From NCBI GenBank assembly GCA_965656285.1, contig CBFHJX010000001.1, positions 1-50,551 on the forward strand: DNA of 50,551 nucleotides. The letters run 5' to 3'. A program made the position numbers and the translations under genes. The DNA is from Luminiphilus sp. (GTDB lineage Bacteria; Pseudomonadota; Gammaproteobacteria; Pseudomonadales; Halieaceae). The notes below the pieces were generated by a model. The model was not told where the DNA came from and made no database searches. It saw nothing but the letters and a program-made list of their open reading frames with translations. Positions 1 to 8,544 of this stretch are shown piece after piece (within the stretch, counting starts at the first letter, position 1; the number at the start of each line of letters is the position of its first letter).

Positions 1-1
1 C

Positions 2-1525
2 ATTGGGATAGTAGCGTCAGATGGAGCGGCCAACGCGTCACTATTGGTCTCGGTTACAGTCACTGATGTCGAAGAGGATTCTGGACAAGGTGGTGGCCCT
101 GTTAGTGGAAAAGTCGTATCGGGCACCTACTTAAGTCAGGCGTCGGTATTTCAAGATGTCGATGGCAATGGTTCGAAGGGGGATGATGAGCCAGGTGCAC
201 TGACTGACGCCAATGGACAATTCGCATTCGACGTCGATGATTATTTGGCAGGACCCGTCCTGTCGCTCGGGGGCGTTGACCCAGCCTCGGGTTCAAGCTA
301 TGGCGCCGCATACTTATTAAATGGGGGTGTGCCGACGTCCGACCCATTAATCATCTCGCCAATAGGCTCTTTGCTCATTTCGAGTGTTCAGCAGGGCGGC
401 ACATTTGCCAGTGATGTAATACAAGCACTGGACATCACGGAGTCTGCAGCAACGCGAGATCCGCTCATGGCTCTTTCTGAAAACGCCTCAGGTGCAGGGC
501 CTATTGCTTTGAATCACGCGCAGTTATCGGTACTCACTGCGTCGCTGTCCGCTATAACGGGATTACCAACGACATCCGTGGAGGAAGCGATTGCGGTCCG
601 TGGTGCAGCGACGTCTACACGACTTGTGTTCTCCAGTGTCCAGTTGTTTGCTGACGTAGCATCTGATTTGAACGACCCAGTTCTAAATACATTCATTACG
701 GAAATAACCGGATCAGTCGGGCGCTTTTTGCAGCAGATGAGCGCAGCCGATATCAACACGCTAGGTCAATTTGTCGATGTCGGCCTGCGCGTGGTTGTGG
801 CGGATTCAGTAGCAATTGCGGGTGGCGATACCACGCTTGCTGAGGACTACCGTACCGACGTTTTAGGGGTCGTTGAAACTAACTCATCGCTGGTTAACCT
901 TAGTTCGCAGTTGCCTGATTTTAACGAGTATAGCTATCGAATTTCGGAGGGCGCCGCGAGCGGGTTCCAATATACGATAGACGGTGCAGACGCCACTGCA
1001 ACGGATATTATTGTTTATGCTCGCGTAGGCGACACGATTCGATTCGATGATGTCGTTGCACTGACTTCACACCCCTTCAGATTGGGCCGCAGTCCAGAGT
1101 CATCGCCTTTGTCGGAGGCCGACGGTGTCATTATTGACAACAATCACCATGTGGCGCTGGTGGTTAATGAGGATACGCCTAAAACGATATACCCGTACTG
1201 CCAAGTCCACAGCAATATGTTCGACCGAGGTAGGATTGAAATTGTGGAGACATTTGAGGGGCTGGAGTTTCCAGGCTTAGCAAACACGCCGCTACAGGTC
1301 CGAGGAGTTGTCGATACGGGTAAATATGACGGTGCAGCTGGGTACACGTATGACGTGTATCTCACACAAGAAGCGGCAGAGACTGCCTCAAGTCAAACTA
1401 TCCATCAGCATCGTATGAAGGATATGCCGTCAATTCCATTCTTCATGCCCGGTGGTCAGGGCTATCATGGTGCGGTTGAGGCTGCGGCTAATGCGGAATT
1501 CAAGCCGATAAGCGTTCAAGATTAG
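2..1525 (+). CDS. C-terminal part of a large secreted/surface protein (cadherin-like repeat end, Ca-binding-like DxDGNG motif, cupredoxin-like module); 5'-truncated by window edge
   Basis: Frame is open from base 2 (IGIVASDGAANASLLVSVTVTDVEE, typical end of a cadherin/Ig-like repeat), so the TTG at 44 is not the start. Contains 'VFQDVDGNGSKGDDEP...TDANGQF' and H...C-x2-H-x2-M (SHPF...YPYCQVHSNM). Confidence 0.7.
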   Translation: MGIVASDGAANASLLVSVTVTDVEEDSGQGGGPVSGKVVSGTYLSQASVFQDVDGNGSKGDDEPGALTDANGQFAFDVDDYLAGPVLSLGGVDPASGSSYGAAYLLNGGVPTSDPLIISPIGSLLISSVQQGGTFASDVIQALDITESAATRDPLMALSENASGAGPIALNHAQLSVLTASLSAITGLPTTSVEEAIAVRGAATSTRLVFSSVQLFADVASDLNDPVLNTFITEITGSVGRFLQQMSAADINTLGQFVDVGLRVVVADSVAIAGGDTTLAEDYRTDVLGVVETNSSLVNLSSQLPDFNEYSYRISEGAASGFQYTIDGADATATDIIVYARVGDTIRFDDVVALTSHPFRLGRSPESSPLSEADGVIIDNNHHVALVVNEDTPKTIYPYCQVHSNMFDRGRIEIVETFEGLEFPGLANTPLQVRGVVDTGKYDGAAGYTYDVYLTQEAAETASSQTIHQHRMKDMPSIPFFMPGGQGYHGAVEAAANAEFKPISVQD

Positions 1526-1537
1526 ATCGATTTTCAA

Positions 1538-2620
1538 TCAATCCAGGGTGGGTCGTGTCGCCAGCCCTGGAATCTCACAAAATATATCAGCCTCGACCTT
1601 GACGCTGACTGCGGCGTTCGCGTGAGCCCCGACACACCACGAGGGCATGACCATTGAGTAAAGTCCGCTGCCGCCCGCTTGCAAAATTAAAATCTGGTCA
1701 GGGCTTCTGAAGGCCATTCGCCGCTGAGGGTCGGGCCCTGCAAACTGTCCAAACAGCCGTTTCACCACATCACCCTCCACAAAACAACGCGCGTATAGCT
1801 CTTGAGCAATGTCCTCTCGCGTGAGGCCTGCCGCATGCAAAATTGCGCTGTGTTCTGGGTTAAGTACGACCGTGGCATGCCCACCGGTGAGGGTGCCGTT
1901 ATTGCTGGGCGGGTTGGCTAACCCCATGGCCAGCAGTTCAAGCAGTGCTTTGTAGCTCTCGGGGTCATTGCCGTCGCCGGAGAAAATAACCGAGTGGGGT
2001 GCTTCCGCACCGAGAACCGTCACCACGCTGTCATCTGGATCAAATCCACGCCCCACATGCAGTGGTGTGAATGGACTGTTTTCTTCATCTTCGGCCAAGC
2101 AATAGGTGAATTTCCCAGGGTGGCCGAGGAGCGCCATGTCAGAGCTGCCCGGTTGTGCTTTACCAATATTGATCATCGTCAGTCGTAACGCACGGCCGAT
2201 CGATGCATTGGCGCGATGACCAGGACCTAGAGCCCCTGTGCCCGACGCAATGGGTCCGCAGCTGTGTCGTGCGGGCCCGTTAACAATCACGAGCGGTGCT
2301 GTGCAATGTGTGGTCGCTTGCATTTCTGTGAGGTCAAAGACGGGATCAATGACCGCTTTCACAGCGGCGAGCACCACAGGCATGTAGTCAGGCAGACAGC
2401 CCGCCATGACAGCCGCAATGGCGACGTTTTCGACAGTGGCAATGCCGTGGCCCGGGCCCATAGTGCCGAGCACCATGTCACCGTCTTGCCCCGAGGCGAG
2501 GACCATACGCGACACGCGTTCCGCAGTCGGAATAACGACCGGCAAACCGTCGGTACTGCCGTTCCGGTGCAGGTCTTCAAGTGCTTGTGCCTCATCGAGC
2601 GCCGACAGCAATTCAGTCAC
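1538..2620 (-). CDS. Conserved uncharacterised protein (TDGLPVV.PT family), partner of the UGSC selenoprotein
   Basis: About 360-aa ORF with motifs STDGLPVVIPT, AVMAGC.P, VNGP, RANASIGRALRL, GHPGKF and AEDEE. A GTG at 2620 with GAGG upstream overlaps the end of the upstream gene, so it is favoured over the TTG at 2632. Confidence 0.8.
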   Translation of the reverse strand: MTELLSALDEAQALEDLHRNGSTDGLPVVIPTAERVSRMVLASGQDGDMVLGTMGPGHGIATVENVAIAAVMAGCLPDYMPVVLAAVKAVIDPVFDLTEMQATTHCTAPLVIVNGPARHSCGPIASGTGALGPGHRANASIGRALRLTMINIGKAQPGSSDMALLGHPGKFTYCLAEDEENSPFTPLHVGRGFDPDDSVVTVLGAEAPHSVIFSGDGNDPESYKALLELLAMGLANPPSNNGTLTGGHATVVLNPEHSAILHAAGLTREDIAQELYARCFVEGDVVKRLFGQFAGPDPQRRMAFRSPDQILILQAGGSGLYSMVMPSWCVGAHANAAVSVKVEADIFCEIPGLATRPTLD

Positions 2621-3149
2621 TCTGAGCCTCAAGTGCCAAGAGAATGTTGTTTGCGATCGACTCGGCGACGCGAGTCAGATTTGCTGATCCCGTCCCAGCT
2701 ACCGGATGCGGTAACTCGACCCGAGGCACCGTAGACATACCCAGAGACTGAGCCACAAAGTTGCCTTGTGACCAGAATTCTTCAGTCACCAGTGCTACCG
2801 CGGGAATGCCAAGTTTGGCGAGGTTAATGCCGTCACGCACGGTGCCGGTAGTGCAGGAGCCTCAGTGGCCGTAAGCCGCAATCACGCCCACGCAATCGCC
2901 ACCAATCTCACCCAACAGTTTTTCGGGCGCGGGAATCGTAGCATTGCCCTTGTTGTAGGTTTTAAGGGAAATGCCCGGGCGTAAACGGCTCAGAGCTGCA
3001 CCGACCTCATCAAGGAACTCGACAGAATCTGGGAAACCATTGGCAAGTAAGCCGATGGTTGTTGCGCTTGCACCGTCGACTTGGACAGACAAGTCATAGG
3101 GTGTGTCTTCAATGCCGACAGATGCGTTTGGATTTAAATACTCGATCAT
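2613..3149 (-). CDS. UGSC-motif selenoprotein (178 aa, Sec at residue 96; UxxC redox motif)
   Basis: Reverse strand reads GCT TAC GGC CAC TGA GGC TCC TGC ACT ACC GGC ACC GTG CGT GAC = A-Y-G-H-U-G-S-C-T-T-G-T-V-R-D. The TGA (2862-2864) joins ORFs 2862-3149 and 2613-2840 in one frame. Confidence 0.88.
2830..2842 (-). promoter_or_regulatory. Candidate bacterial SECIS apical hairpin
   Basis: mRNA CCGU-GCGUG-ACGG: a 4-bp stem whose G-initiated loop starts 23 nt after the UGA. This fits the bacterial SECIS spacing model. The lower stem was not verified by folding software. Confidence 0.5.
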
Positions 3150-3281
3150 TCAGTTGCCCCTTGCGAGGGTACTGTTATCGCTAACAACCCCCTCGCGTGT
3201 CAAGCCTGCACGATGGTTATTTGATTGGCTCGGGGGTCCATTAGCCGCGTACACTAGACGGCCGCAAAGAGAGGTATCGAT

Positions 3282-4172
3282 ATGGAACGAATTCAGCTGG
3301 CAGAAGACCTTCAGTTTAGTCGTCTGGTTTATGGCCTGTGGCGTCTGGCTGACGATTCGAATACGTCGATAAAACACGTCGAGGCCAAGATTAACGCGGC
3401 GCTTGACCAGGGCATCACCACCTTTGATCAAGCAGATATCTACGGTGGCTATACCGCCGAGGGTGTGATGGGTGCGGCACTTAAGCAAAATCCTGCGCTG
3501 CGTCAGCGTATGGAAATTGTGACCAAGTGTGACATTGTGATCGACGCGGGTCGGCACTCAGGTGCGCGCGTAAAGCACTACGACACCACTGAAAAGCATA
3601 TTCAAGAGAGCGTTAATGCATCGCTTTCGGAGATGGGCATAGAGCACATCGATGTCCTATTGATCCATCGTCCAGACCCGATGATGGATCATCACGAAAC
3701 GGGGGCTGCGCTCGACGGCCTCATTGACTCTGGCAAGGTTCGCGCCGTGGGTGCGTCTAACTTTAGGCCGTGGGATTGGACTCTGCTTCAGTCCGCTATG
3801 CGTCACCCTTTGGTGACGAATCAGATTGAGCTGAGTCTTAAAGCGATCGCACCGTTCACTAACGGAGATCTCGCATTTCACCAGCAGCACGACCACGTGA
3901 TTATGGCGTGGTCGCCGCTGGGCGGTGGCGATCTCATGACGACGGATGGCGAACTGGGCAATCGTCTTGACCGCATTGCGGCTCGATACGGTGCGGACCG
4001 CGCCGCCGTTGCGACCGCCTTTTTGCTTGCGCACCCGGCAGAAATTACGCCGGTATTGGGCACAAACAATCTTGAGCGTATTGGGCAGATCACTGACGCT
4101 CTGACTATCGAACTCGATCGGCAAGATTGGTTCTGGCTCTATGAGTCGGCTTTAGGCCACGAAGTACCGTAG
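3282..4172 (+). CDS. Aldo/keto reductase (YdhF-like oxidoreductase)
   Basis: Motifs GITTFDQADIYG, TKC, DVLLIHRPDP, GKVRAVGASNF, NQIE, AWSPLGGG; GAGG RBS. Confidence 0.92.
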   Translation: MERIQLAEDLQFSRLVYGLWRLADDSNTSIKHVEAKINAALDQGITTFDQADIYGGYTAEGVMGAALKQNPALRQRMEIVTKCDIVIDAGRHSGARVKHYDTTEKHIQESVNASLSEMGIEHIDVLLIHRPDPMMDHHETGAALDGLIDSGKVRAVGASNFRPWDWTLLQSAMRHPLVTNQIELSLKAIAPFTNGDLAFHQQHDHVIMAWSPLGGGDLMTTDGELGNRLDRIAARYGADRAAVATAFLLAHPAEITPVLGTNNLERIGQITDALTIELDRQDWFWLYESALGHEVP

Positions 4173-4197
4173 CGCTACCTGCCGTGCTAGTGACCAC

Positions 4198-4216
4198 AGT
4201 GGACGAGTAGTCCACT
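4198..4216. terminator. Possible bidirectional terminator hairpin between convergent genes
   Basis: AGTGGAC-gagta-GTCCACT, 7-bp stem in the 55-bp gap; no clear U-tract. Confidence 0.3.
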
Positions 4217-4227
4217 CGCAGTGCGCA

Positions 4228-5580
4228 TTATTTAGCCCGGACTAATTTGTAGTTGCGGGCATCGGTGATGAAGTCGGCGTGACCGTAAAGCTTAAGAAGA
4301 CGCGCCAATTTTCGGGTCAGACGACGGTCCAACTTCTCTGCGACGCCGGGAATTTTCATGCCCAGTGAGTAGAGGTTTGAGCTTGCGACGATGGTCGCCA
4401 GGGCACAGGCCGTGGCGACTTTATCGTGCGTTCCATAGTGCACCCCCATTGCCTGGGCTCGTTCAACTTTCCCGTCGCAAAAATGTTGGATTAAGAAGTA
4501 TTTGGAGAAGCCTCGCTCCATCCAACGGTGGAAGCGCCCGGTCAAACTCGGGTCAGTAAACAGTTCTGCACTCATTGTCCCTCTGATGAGTTCGCCGCAG
4601 ATCTCGTCATCGTAGGTCTCGCGCAACGAGAGGGTGCGCGCGGTCATCAGATCAACGATCTCCTGAGGTGTCTCGCCTAAAAGGTCTTCGGGTAAGCCAA
4701 GTAAAAAACAGCGGTAGCGTGCCATTTCAACGCGTGCTCGCTCTGCAGTGGTGAACTGACTTCGCCCATTTGCGAGTAGCTTAAACGACATCAGAAAAAT
4801 GCCAATAAGGCCGGCGGGCATTTGATCAACCTGTGGAATGGGAATGCCATAGGTCGAGACGTCCCACTGACCGCTTCGCATAATATTAAAGCGCACCATT
4901 GAGTGCATGAGCCGAACTTTGGCCGCGGCCTTAAATCCCGGATTAAATCGCTCCATCGCCCCGGGCATGGTTGTTGCCGTAAAAAAGCTTGCTGTTTCAA
5001 ACACGCGACTGACTGATTTTTCATCCGTCAGTGTCCCGGTCATCGTCATTGGAAGCGCCGTATATTTATTCATGAATGTCGCGATAAATGCGCCGCGAAT
5101 GGCAAAGGGGGAAATGGTCCCCAGTGGTATTCGCTCGTGTTTAGCGCCTTCCTCAACCAACGACATATTGACCCAGTCGGGCGTCGCCTCCATGGCATTT
5201 ATAAACCTGACGAGCTCGATGGGCGCGTCTGTGACAGCCTCCACGCCCTCATCGCACGCACGCTCTAGCAGCGTGACCAGGGTCCTAAAGCCGTATTCGG
5301 GGATCAGTGCCGCATAAGCATCCGCCACCTTGTCGCCCATCATGGTGTAATTCTTTATACGGTCTATGAGTTCTGGGTTTTGCAGGACACGCGCCGAGTA
5401 GTCTCGGTGACGTGAGGGGCGCATCGATGCGATGTCAATGTCACCCGCATAGCGCTCGGGAAGCCGGGTAAAGTCGACGTCACCATAAATCGCTGAAATG
5501 AGGGTTTGCTGCTCGACGACGCTTGCGCTAAACCGTGTTTCTCGCTGATGGTTCTCCATGAACGCTCGCTGTTGATTCAT
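4228..5580 (-). CDS. MpaB/DUF2236-family (rubber oxygenase Lcp-like) heme oxygenase
   Basis: GD..AD, P.WVN..LVEEG, R..ET, and KVRLMHSMVR (conserved heme-ligand His), W.....GIPI.Q. Confidence 0.8.
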   Translation of the reverse strand: MNQQRAFMENHQRETRFSASVVEQQTLISAIYGDVDFTRLPERYAGDIDIASMRPSRHRDYSARVLQNPELIDRIKNYTMMGDKVADAYAALIPEYGFRTLVTLLERACDEGVEAVTDAPIELVRFINAMEATPDWVNMSLVEEGAKHERIPLGTISPFAIRGAFIATFMNKYTALPMTMTGTLTDEKSVSRVFETASFFTATTMPGAMERFNPGFKAAAKVRLMHSMVRFNIMRSGQWDVSTYGIPIPQVDQMPAGLIGIFLMSFKLLANGRSQFTTAERARVEMARYRCFLLGLPEDLLGETPQEIVDLMTARTLSLRETYDDEICGELIRGTMSAELFTDPSLTGRFHRWMERGFSKYFLIQHFCDGKVERAQAMGVHYGTHDKVATACALATIVASSNLYSLGMKIPGVAEKLDRRLTRKLARLLKLYGHADFITDARNYKLVRAK

Positions 5581-5747
5581 TCAAGTGTTAGGGAACCTTA
5601 GCGAGTTAGCACCGCTCAGGGCAATGGTTGGGCGAACCTTTCTAACGAGATCCTAGTCAGCGCGGTACAGACCGCGATGATCATCACGCCCCACAGTGGT
5701 AGGACGCGATGAGTCCGGTCGATTAACGCGTTCTGCTCACATCACGT

Positions 5748-6215
5748 TTACTTAACAACCGTTTGTGAGGTGCCCGCACCGCCCTGCAGGGGCGACCAGT
5801 GAGCGGCTTTAACGCGCCATTCACCATCTTCCTTTACAAATGCTTGTGTCACACGCGTACGGTAATTCGGCACCGCAGGCAGGCCTTTGGGCTTCATGTT
5901 GGCCTCTTGATAGTAGTGTGCAATGGCCGCCTGACCTTCAACGAGTACCACTACCTCAATGTGTTTTACCGAACCCGAAAACGCATCAAAGTCCGCGCTA
6001 TCGCTCTCTCGCGTTAAGCGATTGAGTAATCCGCCGCTTGAGAAAAATTCCATCGATCCAGATTTAGATATGCGCATCGGGTCTTGTGAGAGTTTTTGAT
6101 TGCTGTAGGCAATGTTGTTTTTAACCACGTCCTGAATTTCTTGCGCTGTGTCAGCCCAAGCGCTCCCGGTCGATGCCATCAGTGCTAGTGCGGTACTGCA
6201 AAGTAGAGTTCTCAT
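5748..6215 (-). CDS. Secreted NTF2/SnoaL-like (DUF4440-type) protein
   Basis: ATG at 6215 with AGGAG RBS; signal peptide MRTLLCSTALALMASTGSAWA; C-terminal RVTQAFVKEDGEWRVKAAHWSP typical of the NTF2-like fold. Confidence 0.75.
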   Translation of the reverse strand: MRTLLCSTALALMASTGSAWADTAQEIQDVVKNNIAYSNQKLSQDPMRISKSGSMEFFSSGGLLNRLTRESDSADFDAFSGSVKHIEVVVLVEGQAAIAHYYQEANMKPKGLPAVPNYRTRVTQAFVKEDGEWRVKAAHWSPLQGGAGTSQTVVK

Positions 6216-6601
6216 TTTGTACTCCTGGTTCGTTAAAAGGCGGTCACAGGGGCGTGGTGCGGCCACACTGCTTATGTGGAGTGTAGACCTGCGAACCGTA
6301 AATACGAGTTTAATGTTGCGGCATTAGAGATGGACGCTGAATAGATCGCAATTCGAGCGACGTGTAATCAACATGAGTAGTCGTGAGAGGCGATGTCTAA
6401 CTGATTTCTCCGAGAACTCGACGGATAATAATTCCTTCTGCCTCTATAAACGCACGTGGTATACAGACAGGCGTTAACCCTATTTTAAAAGTCATAGGAG
6501 GTTGAGATGAGGCTTTTTCACATCGAGGGCGCCACGGGTTCCCCACTCAGTCCAGTGGCGGTATTTTGATTAGGCCAGTATGTGGCTTGGGAGCTCCTCA
6601 T

Positions 6602-8275
6602 ATGATGGTTCTATTAAAAAGGCTGGGCTTGGTTTTGGTGTTGGCATTGAGTCCGGCTTTAACCGCGCACGCCGACGCAAGTGATACGCGCGCCGTATTG
6701 ATGCCTGAGTCCGGCACTTACTCACGGACAATTTCAACTCAGAGTCCCGACGCCCAGGCTTTCTTTGATCAAGGTCTGCGTCTTGCTTGGGGCTTTTACT
6801 TTCCCGAGTCGATCGCGTCCTATCAGCAGGCGTCACTGTTTGATCCCGACCATCCGATGCCGTATTGGGGTATTGCACATGCGGCGGGTCCAAACCCCAA
6901 CTCGCGTTACGCACAGATGCCCGACGATCCTCAGGGCGCAGGCTTGGCGGCGATTGAGGCGGCATTGGCGCGGATTGATCGCGCAACACCCATGGAGGCG
7001 GCGTTAATTCGCGCGCTTTACGTGTTTTATGACGCGGATAGTATTTCAGACGCGGGTGAGCGAGACCGCGCGTACCTCGCCCAGATGCGTGCACTGAATA
7101 AAAAGCACCCCGACGATCCTGACGTCACGGCGCTTTACGCGGGAAGCTTTATGTCGATTCGGCGCTGGGATTATTGGGACAAGCGCGGTCGGGCGAAGGG
7201 CGAAACGCTGGCGGTGGCCGAGGCGTTAGAGCGTGTGATCAGCAAAGGCGGAGTGCATCCGGGTGTTTACCATCTTCACATTCACCTCATTGAAGCCTCG
7301 CTTGAACCGGAGCGCGCCATGGTTTCGGCGAATGCGCTCGAGGCAACACTGCCTATAGGCGGACATGTGGTCCACATGCCTGCGCATATTTTTGTCCGTG
7401 TTGGTGACTACCAAAGAGCCATCGATAACAACCTTAGATCACTGGCCGTAGACCAGCGTTTTGCTGAGCATTGGGGGGAGCTGCCGTTACCCACTATTGG
7501 CACTTATCCGTTATCGCATAAAATTCACGCCGGACATGCGTTGGACTTTGTGCGTTATGCAGCCACGATGCAGGGCAGTTCTGAACTGGCCATCAGATCC
7601 GCCAAGCAGATGGCGTCAGCGATCAAGTCCCACAGAACCCCCATGGGCCGGATGCAGAAGCGCCTTGCTGCACCGTGGGTAACGCTGAAAATCTTTGGTC
7701 AGTGGGATGAATTGCTGGCAGTTGAGCCGCTTCAAAAGTCGACCCCCTACCTGGCCGGTGTTCTTGCTTATGTTCAGGGAAGTGCTCATGCAGCGAAGGG
7801 TTCGCTTGACGATGCTGAAAAGCAACTGGCAGCGATCCGTTTGATTGCCGAGTCACCGGACGTCTCTGTCAACCGAGCCGGTGCGACGGCGACTGCGGAG
7901 CTTCTTGCTCTTGCAGCACATGCGCTCGATGGCGAAATTAAGATGGCGAGAGGGGATATTACGGCTGCGATTGAGGCATTCGAGAAAGGGGTGGCGCTAG
8001 AAGACACCAACAACTACACCGAACCCCCCGACTGGCCTCAGTCAATGCGGCTTTACTTGGGAACGGCGTTACTGACGGCGCAGCGCTTTGAGGAGGCTGA
8101 AGCGGTTTTCAGACGGGACCTCGTCTGGCATCAAAATAACGGGTGGTCGTTGTTTGGTCTGATGCAGGCGCTCGAGGCGCAGGGGAGGACAAAGGACGCC
8201 GCCACGATTCGAGAACAATGGTCTTCGGTGTGGTCTCATGCTGATGTAGCGCTATCAATGCCGGTTCTGCTCTGA
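6602..8275 (+). CDS. Secreted tetratricopeptide-repeat protein with His-rich motifs
   Basis: Signal peptide ending ALTAHA; AQAFFDQGL, TPR-like helices, HPGVYHLHIHLIE, HVVHMPAHIF, NGWSLFGL. Start could be 6566 (TTG), 6602 or 6605. Confidence 0.8.
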   Translation: MMVLLKRLGLVLVLALSPALTAHADASDTRAVLMPESGTYSRTISTQSPDAQAFFDQGLRLAWGFYFPESIASYQQASLFDPDHPMPYWGIAHAAGPNPNSRYAQMPDDPQGAGLAAIEAALARIDRATPMEAALIRALYVFYDADSISDAGERDRAYLAQMRALNKKHPDDPDVTALYAGSFMSIRRWDYWDKRGRAKGETLAVAEALERVISKGGVHPGVYHLHIHLIEASLEPERAMVSANALEATLPIGGHVVHMPAHIFVRVGDYQRAIDNNLRSLAVDQRFAEHWGELPLPTIGTYPLSHKIHAGHALDFVRYAATMQGSSELAIRSAKQMASAIKSHRTPMGRMQKRLAAPWVTLKIFGQWDELLAVEPLQKSTPYLAGVLAYVQGSAHAAKGSLDDAEKQLAAIRLIAESPDVSVNRAGATATAELLALAAHALDGEIKMARGDITAAIEAFEKGVALEDTNNYTEPPDWPQSMRLYLGTALLTAQRFEEAEAVFRRDLVWHQNNGWSLFGLMQALEAQGRTKDAATIREQWSSVWSHADVALSMPVLL

Positions 8276-8544
8276 GCTGACAATGCTGAGCGATGGGCCA
8301 CACCTGGCCTGCGCCGGTTTGGTCATTCAACGCGCCATACTCTGGCGCACGGACTGCTGCAGTTCAACACGGTGAGCTCGCTCTATTGAGCATGCTGAGT
8401 GATCGACCCAAACAAAGGCAATACGGGTAAGTACTGTGGCGAAAAATGTTGGGTGGTGTGCAGTTAGCACTCGTCGTTAACGCTACATTTTTTAAAAAAC
8501 GACCGGATAGTCAAAAGAGCCAAGTGATTAGGAAGGGTTTAGTG

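Noticed and set aside
44-46. TTG start for the first ORF
   Set aside because: The frame is open to the window edge and the upstream residues continue a cadherin-like repeat.
2862-2864. TGA as a nonsense mutation (pseudogene) or true stop giving two small genes
   Set aside because: It falls exactly at the first position of an x-G-S-C redox motif, the frame continues, a SECIS-like hairpin follows, and the downstream GTG lacks a clear RBS.
3150-3557. 135-aa minus-strand ORF in frame just upstream of the selenoprotein and ending in TGA (possible second readthrough)
   Set aside because: It is antisense to the aldo/keto reductase, has no protein-like motifs, and ATG 3149 has its own purine-rich RBS.
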